From Pseudomonadota bacterium (GTDB taxonomy: Bacteria > Bdellovibrionota_G > JALEGL01 > DATDPG01), in the NCBI GenBank assembly GCA_043809315.1, contig JAZDDX010000038.1:14159-78158 (forward strand): 64,000 bases of DNA, read 5' to 3'. The notes below the pieces were generated by a model that searched no databases, was not told where the DNA came from, and saw nothing but the letters and a program-made list of their open reading frames with translations. Within the stretch, counting starts at the first letter, position 1, and each line of letters opens with the position of its first letter. Made by a program: the position numbers and the translations under genes. Below are positions 26,721 to 35,541 of this stretch, one piece after another.

Positions 26721-27070
26721 CGGTTCCAGATCTCGGAAGCGTCCATCTCGGACAGCAGTTTCGGCATGGTTCCCGCTGGGAAAGGGTCGGGAAAGAGCGG
26801 CCGATCCAGCGCCTCTTCGAACAGCGCCATGAGAGGGATCAGCCCGAGCCACGAGAGAGGCCCCCACGCCACCATGATGACGGCGAGGGGAATCGATGTG
26901 CTGATCGTGAGACCGACCTTCAGCCCGAGGTAGGCGTTGGCCGATCCCAGGATCGCACCGTCACGCACCGATTTGGAGAAACGATCGAGAAGCTTCCCCA
27001 GCCGATTCAGTGGCTGTCCGATCTGGGAGGGCAATACATCGCCGAAGAGACGCGGCAGTACGGTCAAGAC
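26657..27070 (-). pseudogene. Remnant of an OPT-family oligopeptide transporter (internally deleted and truncated)
   Basis: AILGSANAYLGLKVGLTISTSIP resembles the N-terminus of the intact OPT at 37976. EMDASEIWNRY resembles its EMSAADIWSRY segment about 250 aa in. The ORF is only 151 aa. Confidence 0.55.
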
Positions 27071-27319
27071 TTGGGCTTCGAGGTCATCAACACGCCGGCC
27101 TACAGTCCGCAATCAAACGGCATGGCCGAGGCCTTCGTGAAGCTGTTCAAGCGGGATTACGTGTACGCCAACGATCTGTGGACGGCGGAGTCGGTGATGC
27201 GGATGGTCCCGGGTTGGTTCGACGACTACAACCGAAACCACCCTCATTCGGGCTTGGATTTTCGGTCGCCGTTGGAGTACAGAAATGAGGCCTTTTTAGA
27301 GCAACAACTGTCCGTTTAA
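27071..27319 (+). mobile_element. C-terminal fragment of a DDE (rve) integrase-type transposase, IS481/IS3-like; 5'-truncated
   Basis: YSPQSNGMAEAFVKLFKRDY and YNRNHPHSGLDFRSPLEY are the conserved C-terminal motifs of rve-family transposases. Only about 80 aa are present. Confidence 0.6.
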
Positions 27320-27582
27320 TTCGGGGTCACTCCACCTCGGGTCGGACTCGGAATCCGACCTGGGAAACCTGATCCCGGAGGGATCGGTAGAGCAACGTCG
27401 ATGATTCCTGTTAAAGAATTCTTCGATCCGCTTCTGCCCGGACAACCCCGCAAATAATAGCCGGTTCGCAATTTTGTTCTGGCCACCGCCCATTCTGCGG
27501 TCCCCTGCGCAAACGCAACCCCTTGAAGTCCCAACATTCCTGTTGCTCGTGGGCTGGACCACGGTTTGCATGAGAGTCCGGC

Positions 27583-29898
27583 ATGCGTGTCCGATCCCTT
27601 CTGGTTGGTGTGTTTTTGATCCTCGGCGGTGCCTGCGGGGATTCGGGGGTGAGTGGCGACCATCATAACGATTCTGTTCGCACGCCGACACCAACCCCGA
27701 CGGCTACTTCGACGGTCAAGCCGGGATCGGCCCGGCTGGTCGTCTCGCCCAGTTCTTTTGACTTCAGCGTGGTCACGACCGGGGATTCTGCGAACCAGGT
27801 CTTCACGGTAACCAACGACGGCTTCGTCCCGGCGACCGGCATGACGTTTTCCTCTCCCTCCGCTCCGTTTTCAATTCAATTCAACAGTTGTGGGGGGACG
27901 TTGGCCGCGGGTTCCAATTGTACGATCGGCTCGCGGTTCGCCCCCTCGGCAGTGAAATCGTTTTCAGTCACGCTGACGATTTCGTACCAGGACGGAAGCG
28001 GCACCTCCGTTCTTCACGTCGTCCTGTCCGGGGAAGGAACGAACGTCATCGCCACCCCGACCGCAACCCCCACGAGAACCCCGACGCCGACCCCCACTTC
28101 CACCGCTTCTCCAACTCCGACGGAGACGCCGATTTCCGGCTCCGATCTGGTGATCTATGACGATAGCCTGGCGCCCGGCTGGAACACCTCCTCTTCCTGG
28201 AGCGTTTCGTCGGTCACCCTCGCCAGCACAGAGCAGGTCTACCAGGGAAATTTCTCGATCAAGTTCGTCTCCTCCGCCACATGGGGGGCCCTTGCCGTCC
28301 AGAATTCCTCGCTTCTGGACCCGGCCCTGTACTCGGCGTTCGAATTTCAAATCCGGATCGCGTCTGTTTCGCAACAGATCCTGGTCGACATTTACAACGG
28401 CGAGACGTTCCTGAATCAGAGGGACTTGGGGACCGTGACGGCGAATTCGTGGCAGAAGATCTCGATCCCGATGGCGACGCTCAATCCGGGATCCGCGCAG
28501 TTCGACCGCCTCGCGATCCTGACCAATACCGCCTCCGGGACGTACTTCGTGGACAACATGCGCCTCGTCAGTTCCGGTTCAAACCCGACGCCGACCCCCA
28601 CTCCGACGAGCACCCCAACGCCAACCCCCACAGCCACTCCGACCGGGCCGACGCCGACTCCCACTCCGACCGGTACCCCCGGGGGGACGAATATCTGGAT
28701 CACGGCCTATCTGGAGTCCTGGAATCTGAACGTTTCCGGTCGTGAGGCCACTCTCGACAGCAAGGTGGGGGTGCCGATCCCGATCGGAAACATCGACTGG
28801 AACGCCTTCACGCATCTGGCTTTCTTCGCGGTCGGCCTGACCTCGGACGGAACAGCCATCGACCACACGGACAACTGGAGCGATGAACGGGTCCAAGCCA
28901 TCGTTCCGGCGGCTCATGGCGGCAATTCCCAAGGGGTTCAGAGACCGATTATCTTCACGATCGGAGGGGAAGGCGGGAGTACCTCGTACATCGGCTCGGA
29001 CACCAGCCGCAGGGCCGCCGTCCAGACCATCATCAATTACATGAACCAGAAGGGGTTCGACGGCGTCGACATCGACATGGAACCGATCGACGATACGCTC
29101 GGATACGTCGCCTTCATCACGCTCCTTCGAAGCGAGTTCGACAAGATGGTCCCGTGGTATCGAGGAGGCGTGAAGTGCCCCGTTCTGACGGCGGCCGTGA
29201 TGGACAATCAGGACGTCGAGGGCACAAGCACCCCCCTATTCAAGTACCTCGAGAACAAGTTCGACCAGATCAACGTCATGTCGTACGACATGGGCGGATA
29301 CGGGAGTCCCGACTGGTCCGTCAGCTGGCACAACGCCGCCCTTTACGTGGCGGACGGAAACGGGAACGTCTTTCCCGCTGATGCGGGGATCAACAGCGAA
29401 GGGATGTCGGTCGCGATTCAGAAGAAGGTGACGGAGAAGATCATGAACCGGGGAAGCACTCCGATCGCGAAAACCAAGCTGGGGCTGGGCATGTCATTCC
29501 ATGGCCACCTCTGGTCGAGTTCCTCCAAGTGTTTCACTTCGCCCCGTCAGCCCTCTTCCGGAGGGTCCCTTACGTACACGAGCTATTCCGAGATCCGGGT
29601 CAACTACATCGACAAGCTCTCCAGCTTTCCGGGGGCTCAGGTGATTTTTGAGTCGAACGAATTCGTCCCGTACGTGAGCATCCCGAGCGCTTCGAACTCG
29701 AATTGCCATTTCATCTCGTACCAGGACGAGAGAACGTTAACGGAGTTGGTGAAGTTCGCCCGGGGGAACTCGACGAGTCATCCGGGGACTCCCTGGGGCG
29801 GGATCATCATCTACGATCTGGGAGAAGGGTATCTGCCGGCCAACTACGCCGTCCGCGATCCGCTCCTCCAGGCGGTCAAAGCCGCGGCGTTCCCGTAA
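27583..29898 (+). CDS. Secreted lipoprotein with ASH/HYDIN-type beta domain, carbohydrate-binding-like domain and GH18 (chitinase-like) catalytic domain, joined by Pro/Thr linkers
   Basis: Signal/lipobox ILGGAC and FDFSVVTTGDSANQVFTVTNDG (ASH-like). The GH18 motif GFDGVDIDMEP matches DGxDxDxE. Pro/Thr-rich (PTPT) linkers. Confidence 0.65.
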   Translation: MRVRSLLVGVFLILGGACGDSGVSGDHHNDSVRTPTPTPTATSTVKPGSARLVVSPSSFDFSVVTTGDSANQVFTVTNDGFVPATGMTFSSPSAPFSIQFNSCGGTLAAGSNCTIGSRFAPSAVKSFSVTLTISYQDGSGTSVLHVVLSGEGTNVIATPTATPTRTPTPTPTSTASPTPTETPISGSDLVIYDDSLAPGWNTSSSWSVSSVTLASTEQVYQGNFSIKFVSSATWGALAVQNSSLLDPALYSAFEFQIRIASVSQQILVDIYNGETFLNQRDLGTVTANSWQKISIPMATLNPGSAQFDRLAILTNTASGTYFVDNMRLVSSGSNPTPTPTPTSTPTPTPTATPTGPTPTPTPTGTPGGTNIWITAYLESWNLNVSGREATLDSKVGVPIPIGNIDWNAFTHLAFFAVGLTSDGTAIDHTDNWSDERVQAIVPAAHGGNSQGVQRPIIFTIGGEGGSTSYIGSDTSRRAAVQTIINYMNQKGFDGVDIDMEPIDDTLGYVAFITLLRSEFDKMVPWYRGGVKCPVLTAAVMDNQDVEGTSTPLFKYLENKFDQINVMSYDMGGYGSPDWSVSWHNAALYVADGNGNVFPADAGINSEGMSVAIQKKVTEKIMNRGSTPIAKTKLGLGMSFHGHLWSSSSKCFTSPRQPSSGGSLTYTSYSEIRVNYIDKLSSFPGAQVIFESNEFVPYVSIPSASNSNCHFISYQDERTLTELVKFARGNSTSHPGTPWGGIIIYDLGEGYLPANYAVRDPLLQAVKAAAFP

Positions 29899-29926
29899 TC
29901 CGTCGAGAGTCTGAGGCGGGGCCATT

Positions 29927-29996
29927 GCCGGAGGATGGCTCAGTTGGGCAGGGAATTGACGCCGTGCGGCCTTTCTTCGACGGTTGACTCCCCCGC
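29927..29996 (+). repeat. Conserved 70-nt element, copy A (upstream of the BNR-like pseudogene)
   Basis: 66/70 nt identical to 33618-33687. Flanks diverge immediately on both sides. Confidence 0.5.
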
Positions 29997-30670
29997 CGAC
30001 ACTTGCTTCACCCACATCCTGTCTCGGCGGCTTGTCGATTTCGACGGACGGCGGTGCAACCTTCACAAACCGAACCACGGCGGACGGGCTCGGGGACAAC
30101 GATGTGAACGGTGTTTTCGCGGTCGGTTCGACGGTCTATGCCGCTACGGATGGCGGCGGCCTGTCAATCTCGACCGATGGCGGAACAACATTTACGACCT
30201 GAACCCTCGCAAGCAATTTTGTAAGAGCCGTTTCCGCAGTTGGCTTGACGGTCTACGCCGCGACGTGGGCCGGTTTATCGATTTCGACGGATGGTGGATC
30301 GATGTTCTCACCCTTCCCCAAAACCACGGCGGATGGACTCGGGGGTTCGGACGCGGGCGACATTTTCGCGATTGGTTCGACGGTCTACGCCGCAACGGGA
30401 AACCTGTCGATTTCGACGGATGCCGGCGCGACATTTACGACCCGAACCACAGCGAACGGTCTCGGAAGCGATCAGGTGGAGAGCGTTTACGCGGTCGGTT
30501 CGACGGTTTACGCCGGAACCTATGATCGTGGCTTGTCGATCTCCCACGACGGCGGTCTGACATTCACACGCCGAACCACGGCGGACGGACTCGGAAGCAA
30601 TTGGGTGTGGAGTATCTTCGCGACCAGCTCGACGGTTTACGTCGGATTGTATCCATACTGCTTTCCTTGA
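29984..30670 (+). pseudogene. Truncated paralogue of the Asp-box/BNR repeat lipoprotein, lacking signal peptide and N-domain, interrupted by an in-frame TGA at 30200-30202
   Basis: GGLSISTDGGATFTNRTTADGLG repeats continue in the same frame across the stop (TFTT*TLASNF...VYAATWAGLSISTDGG). Confidence 0.5.
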
Positions 30671-30831
30671 TCGCCCGCGCTTCCGTCTGACGATCTTCAG
30701 GCTATGCAAATAGTTAAGGGCTCGTGAAGTTCTTGCGCACTTCTTCGGACGGCGACCGAGACATTCTTCTTTAAATACGGTGGGTTGTCTCCCTGGGCCG
30801 CGGGAACGAACCTTGCTTTTCCTTCTTCTAT

Positions 30832-33501
30832 ATGCGGAATCGTCATCTCCTCCAGGCGGCCCTGCTCTCCCTCTCGGCCCTCGCCTGCAGCTCTCAGATT
30901 GATGGCGCCAACCAGCCCCCGTCCTCCTCCGACCTCGCCGTGGCTCTGGCTCCTTCCGCTCCCACCACCGCAGATTTAGTCACGCTCAATGTGAGCTTCG
31001 CCCTTTCGAGCGCGAATTCCGTCGCGCTCTCGGAGATCCGGATTTACGTCAACGACACCGTTCTCAAGACCTGCAGCTTTTCCCCCGCCTGTTCCTCGGC
31101 GTCCTGCCTTTGTGCCAGTAATGCCGTCCATTTCTCAGCCGGCGTGCACACCTACTACGCGACGGCCGTCACGAGTTCCTCTCCCGCGGTGGACTTCTCG
31201 ACGGTGACGGAATCGTTCAACGTCACGAACCCGGGACCGGCATTGCACGGAACCTTGCAGACCTATGCCGTCAACCCGGTCAGCGCCAAAACCACCGCCG
31301 TCGACCGCGAGTTCACGTTCACGACGGGCGTCCGATGCGTGGGTGGAAACTGCGGGAACGTCAGCGCCACGCTCGATCCGACCATCGATCTCGGCGTGAA
31401 AAGCGCCCAGGATGTCACAACGACCGCGGACGGTTCAAGACCCGAGGAGATCTCCGTACTCATTTCCACGGGCCAACTGACCGTTGCAGACGAAAATACG
31501 GTCGACGGAATCTACTCATCCATCTCTCTGGACAACTTTGGATTCACCACCGCTGTCGGAGACCCACAACTCCCGGTCATCCGAAAGAACATTGAAGTTC
31601 CTTTCGGAGCCACCTACGAGCTCATCGTCGGGAACTTCAGCTTCGAGGAACTTCCCTTGAGCGACTTGGGCGTCACCGGAAAACTGATCCCGGTCTTCGA
31701 GTTGGTCCCCTCCCCCATCCGGGGCGACAAAGACCGGCGTCAGTTCAAGATCAATCGCGGGACGTACGCCAGAAACGAATACCTCTTAAACCAGATCGCG
31801 AAAGTAACCTCCGAGGGCGTTCTTCGAGGACACCGGTACGTTTCCATCGAAGTCTTCCCCGTCGACTACAACCCGGTCACTAACAAGGTCAAGGTCTACC
31901 GGACGCTCACGCTCAAGATCTCCCTCAAGAACTCGGATCTCATCCGGACCCAGGAGCAGACCCGAAAGTACGATTCTCCCGCCTTTGCTCCGGTGAGCCA
32001 GAGTCATTTCCTCGAGTACACCGCGAACCCCTATCGTGCCACTTCCCTTGCGGTTTCGAGGGGCAAGGGGAGCAGCCTCCCGAACTATCTGATCATCACC
32101 GCGCCCGCTTTCAAATCGAACGTGATGTTGGCGCAATTCGTGACGGAACGATCCAAGACGTTCAACGTTTCCCTGGTCGATACGACCCAGACCGGGGGGT
32201 CGACCAAGGAACAGATTCAGACGTACATCAAGAACGCATATCTGGGCATGAATCCTCCAACCTACGTTCTCCTCGTCGGAGACACGGACACCATTCCCGG
32301 ATGGTCGGGAAACAGTGCGAAGACGGACCTGAGCTATTCCACCGTAGACGGATCCGATCTTGTGCCCGACGTTTTTCTGGGCAGGTTCTCCGTCCGGACG
32401 CAGGAACACCTAAACAACATCATTACGAAGACATTGGCGACCAGCAATCTGAAGAAAGCGGGCATCACGGCCTCGGCCGACAAATCCTCCGTGACCGAAG
32501 GCACGGCCAATTGGGTGATCCAGAACTACTTCGCTCCGAACGGCTTTCAGACCGCGACGATTTTCGGCCGGTTGGGTGAGGGATATTCCAAAACCATCAG
32601 TGTCATCAACGGTGGCGTCACATTCTTCAACCATAACGGTCATGGAGCTCCCCAAGCCTGGCTGGATCCGGCCTTTGATACGTCGGATTTCGACCAACTG
32701 ACGAACACGGTCTATCCCTTGCTGCTGGCAAATGCGTGCGACTCCGGGGATTACTTCGACTATACGGAGGCGTTCGCCGAGACCTTCACGATCTATCCCA
32801 CAGGCGCGGCCGTTTATATCGGCTCATCCACCACTTCTTCCTGGAACGAGGACGACGTCTTTACAAAGGCGTTTATGCCGGTTCTCTTTGATGCGAACTT
32901 GAACTCCGCCGCCGCTGCCATGAACGCAGCAAAAGCTGCGGTCGCCGCAAAGTACAGCAATTCAGCCCAAAGATACTATGAGGAGTACAACCTGCTTGGA
33001 GATCCTTCGAGAACCCTGTTAGGGGCGAACGTTACCCCGCCTCCGACCACGCCGACCCCCACACCTACCGCCACTCCGACTCGTACTCCGACGCCGACAC
33101 CGACCCCGACCCGCACTCCCACCCCAACCGCGACGCCGACTGGCCCAACACCCACTCCGACCGCGACGCCGACTCGTACCCCGACACCGAACGGCCCGAC
33201 GCCGACTCCGACCGCCACTCCGACTCAAACTCCAACGCCCACCCCCACCCCGGTTCCCGCGAAAGGCGTCATCCCGATGAACTCGGGTTCTCCCTTCTAC
33301 ACCACCAGCCAGAACCCGGTGGCTCCGTCCGATCTCAGTTGCCTGAAGAACATGAAGGAGGGAAGCACCTGCGAACAGACCTGGACGGTGAAAGTGACGG
33401 GCGGACGTGGCGCCACGTTCGACTTTTTCACGATCTACAACTCGGACGCATCCGGCGTGAGTGAAGTCCAGACGACGTCAATTCCAATAACGGTCCAATA
33501 A
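30832..33501 (+). CDS. Peptidase family C25 (gingipain-like cysteine peptidase) lipoprotein with Pro/Thr-rich linker and C-terminal domain
   Basis: Signal/lipobox [22 protein letters not shown], the His motif [11 protein letters not shown] and the Cys motif [10 protein letters not shown] are present. The PT linker is [11 protein letters not shown]. Confidence 0.65.
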   Translation: MRNRHLLQAALLSLSALACSSQIDGANQPPSSSDLAVALAPSAPTTADLVTLNVSFALSSANSVALSEIRIYVNDTVLKTCSFSPACSSASCLCASNAVHFSAGVHTYYATAVTSSSPAVDFSTVTESFNVTNPGPALHGTLQTYAVNPVSAKTTAVDREFTFTTGVRCVGGNCGNVSATLDPTIDLGVKSAQDVTTTADGSRPEEISVLISTGQLTVADENTVDGIYSSISLDNFGFTTAVGDPQLPVIRKNIEVPFGATYELIVGNFSFEELPLSDLGVTGKLIPVFELVPSPIRGDKDRRQFKINRGTYARNEYLLNQIAKVTSEGVLRGHRYVSIEVFPVDYNPVTNKVKVYRTLTLKISLKNSDLIRTQEQTRKYDSPAFAPVSQSHFLEYTANPYRATSLAVSRGKGSSLPNYLIITAPAFKSNVMLAQFVTERSKTFNVSLVDTTQTGGSTKEQIQTYIKNAYLGMNPPTYVLLVGDTDTIPGWSGNSAKTDLSYSTVDGSDLVPDVFLGRFSVRTQEHLNNIITKTLATSNLKKAGITASADKSSVTEGTANWVIQNYFAPNGFQTATIFGRLGEGYSKTISVINGGVTFFNHNGHGAPQAWLDPAFDTSDFDQLTNTVYPLLLANACDSGDYFDYTEAFAETFTIYPTGAAVYIGSSTTSSWNEDDVFTKAFMPVLFDANLNSAAAAMNAAKAAVAAKYSNSAQRYYEEYNLLGDPSRTLLGANVTPPPTTPTPTPTATPTRTPTPTPTPTRTPTPTATPTGPTPTPTATPTRTPTPNGPTPTPTATPTQTPTPTPTPVPAKGVIPMNSGSPFYTTSQNPVAPSDLSCLKNMKEGSTCEQTWTVKVTGGRGATFDFFTIYNSDASGVSEVQTTSIPITVQ

Positions 33502-33617
33502 GGGGCACTCGGGACCGGCTCGCCGGATTTGGCCGGCCCAACATCCGCTGGTTCCGTCGGATCCGTAACGATCGAGTAACCGAAACGTTTCCTCCGAAAC
33601 CGGGCGGTGAAGACGGC

Positions 33618-33687
33618 GCCGGAGGATGGCTTAGTTGGGCAGGGAAATGACGCTGTGCGGCCTTTCTTCGGCGGTTGACTCCCCCGC
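33618..33687 (+). repeat. Conserved 70-nt element, copy B (about 110 nt upstream of the BNR-repeat lipoprotein start)
   Basis: GCCGGAGGATGGCTTAGTTGGGCAGGGAAATGACGCTGTGCGGCCTTTCTTCGGCGGTTGACTCCCCCGC. Non-coding here, with a TAG in the frame used in copy A. Confidence 0.5.
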
Positions 33688-33793
33688 GCCCGGAAGCCCG
33701 TGGGATTTCCCAATCATTTCAGGCCACTTCCGTGCGACCGGAAATCCCGAGCCCTGGCATGCTTTCTGCTCTCTGACCTTCCCGGGGGATCCA

Positions 33794-35425
33794 ATGAAAG
33801 GACGTCGACGTCTCTTCTCTCTTATGATCGCAACGCTCGGTCTTTCCGGGTGCGGCGATGATCAAGGCTTCCTCATCAATGCGCGACGCGTTGTGGATTC
33901 GTCGCTCGTCGCGGACAAGGCCGAGTTCAGTTTCGTTTGCGTGAATCAGGTCCCTTCCCCCTCGCAAGACGCGTTGACGCTCTCCAGCTCCGACAGCGAC
34001 ATCCGGCTCAGCTGGAAGCTCAAGAGCGAGCTGCCCTGGCTTTCGGCGACCCCTCAGAACGGGGAGACTCCCGCCCAAATCAATCTCAACGTGGCTTGTG
34101 ACCATGTCGGCGTGGGATCCTATGAAGGAACGATCCTGATCGAATCCGAGAAGGTTTCCAATTCCCCTCTGGCTCTCTCGGTTCACCTGACCGTCCGAGA
34201 GGAGTCTCTGACGCTTACTCCGACACCCACGCCGACGACGACCGCAACGCCGAACGCGACCGTGACTGCAACGGCCACGCCGACTCCGACACCCACGTCG
34301 ACGACGACTGCAACGCCGACCGCGACCGTGACCGCAACTGCCACCGCAACCGCGCCGCCGACGGCAACCGTTACCCCGACCGCAACTGCCACCGCAACCG
34401 CGCCGCCGACGGCAACCGTCACCCCGACAGCAACGGCCACGCCGACCCCGACCCCGACGGGTCCTTGCGGTGGTTTGTCGATTTCGACGGATGGCGGCGC
34501 GACATTTACGAACCGAAACAGCGAGAACAGCGGGCTACCGAACAATCGGGGGTCTAGCGTTTACGCGGTCGGTTCAACGGTCTATGCCGGGACGTATTGT
34601 GGCGGATTGTCGATTTCAACGGATGGCGGCGCGACATTTACAAACCGGACCTACGAGAACGGGGAGCTTGGGGGCACTTCGTCAACCAATTGCGTGAATG
34701 ACATCTACGTGGTCGGCCCGACGGTCTACGCCGCGACGTGGAGCGGCTTGTCGATTTCGACGGATGGCGGCTGGACATTTACAAACCGAACCAGCGAGAA
34801 TAGCGGGCTTGTATCCAATTTCGTAACGAGCGTCTACGCAGTTGGTTCAACGGTCTACGTCGCGACGCGGGGCGGCTTGTCGATTTCGACAAATGGCGGG
34901 GCGACATTTTCAAGCCGGTCCGGCGAATACACAACGAGCGTCTACGCAGTCGGTTCGACGGTCTACGCCGGGCAGTGGGAATGGAGCCCCGGCACCGGCG
35001 GCGGCTTGTTGATTTCGACGAATGGCGGCGCGACATTTACAAACCGAACCTACGAGGACAGCGGGCTTGGCGCCCCTGGCACATTTGTCGGCCATGACGA
35101 CGTAGCAAGCGTCTACGGGGTCGGTTCAACAGTCTACGCTGGGATGGCGCTTACCGGCCTGTCGATTTCGACGGATGGCGGCGCAACATTTGCGAGCCGA
35201 ACCCATGGGAACAGTGGGCTCGGGGGAGACAGTGTAATGAGCGTCTACGCAGTTGGTCCAACGGTCTACGTCGGGACGCAAGGCGCCGGCTTGTCGATTT
35301 CGACGGATGGCGGCGCGACATTTACAAATCGAACCGCCGAGAACAGCGGGCTTGGGGCCAACATGGTGTACGACGTATACGCGGCCGGTTCAACGGTCTA
35401 CGCCGCGACGATGTGTTATCGCTAG
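33794..35425 (+). CDS. Lipoprotein with about 13 Asp-box/BNR-like repeats (predicted beta-propeller)
   Basis: Lipobox LGLSGCGDD, a PT/AT-rich linker, then repeated GGLSISTDGGATFTNRTxENSGLG...VYAVGSTVYA units (SxDGGxTF Asp-box). Confidence 0.7.
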   Translation: MKGRRRLFSLMIATLGLSGCGDDQGFLINARRVVDSSLVADKAEFSFVCVNQVPSPSQDALTLSSSDSDIRLSWKLKSELPWLSATPQNGETPAQINLNVACDHVGVGSYEGTILIESEKVSNSPLALSVHLTVREESLTLTPTPTPTTTATPNATVTATATPTPTPTSTTTATPTATVTATATATAPPTATVTPTATATATAPPTATVTPTATATPTPTPTGPCGGLSISTDGGATFTNRNSENSGLPNNRGSSVYAVGSTVYAGTYCGGLSISTDGGATFTNRTYENGELGGTSSTNCVNDIYVVGPTVYAATWSGLSISTDGGWTFTNRTSENSGLVSNFVTSVYAVGSTVYVATRGGLSISTNGGATFSSRSGEYTTSVYAVGSTVYAGQWEWSPGTGGGLLISTNGGATFTNRTYEDSGLGAPGTFVGHDDVASVYGVGSTVYAGMALTGLSISTDGGATFASRTHGNSGLGGDSVMSVYAVGPTVYVGTQGAGLSISTDGGATFTNRTAENSGLGANMVYDVYAAGSTVYAATMCYR

Positions 35426-35541
35426 CAAATCCAGGGACACACGACTGGACCCGAATGACCCTAGGTTCAAACTTTTCAAGTTATTTAGGACCCTACTGAC
35501 GAGGAAGTGGGTCCAGAAGAGTAGTTCTCCCAAGTTCCATA

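Noticed and set aside
32976-33228. ORFs translating as (GVGV)n / RRR-rich peptides on the minus strand, also at 28416-28703 and 34183-34545
   Set aside because: They are reverse-complement readings of Pro/Thr-linker coding DNA (ACNCCN repeats), with low complexity. They are not genes.
33794-35425. Considered a CRISPR-like or other non-coding tandem array because of the about 13 regularly spaced near-identical DNA repeats
   Set aside because: The repeats are about 105-150 nt, in one continuous reading frame. They encode an Asp-box propeller (SxDGGxTF), with no spacer/repeat alternation.
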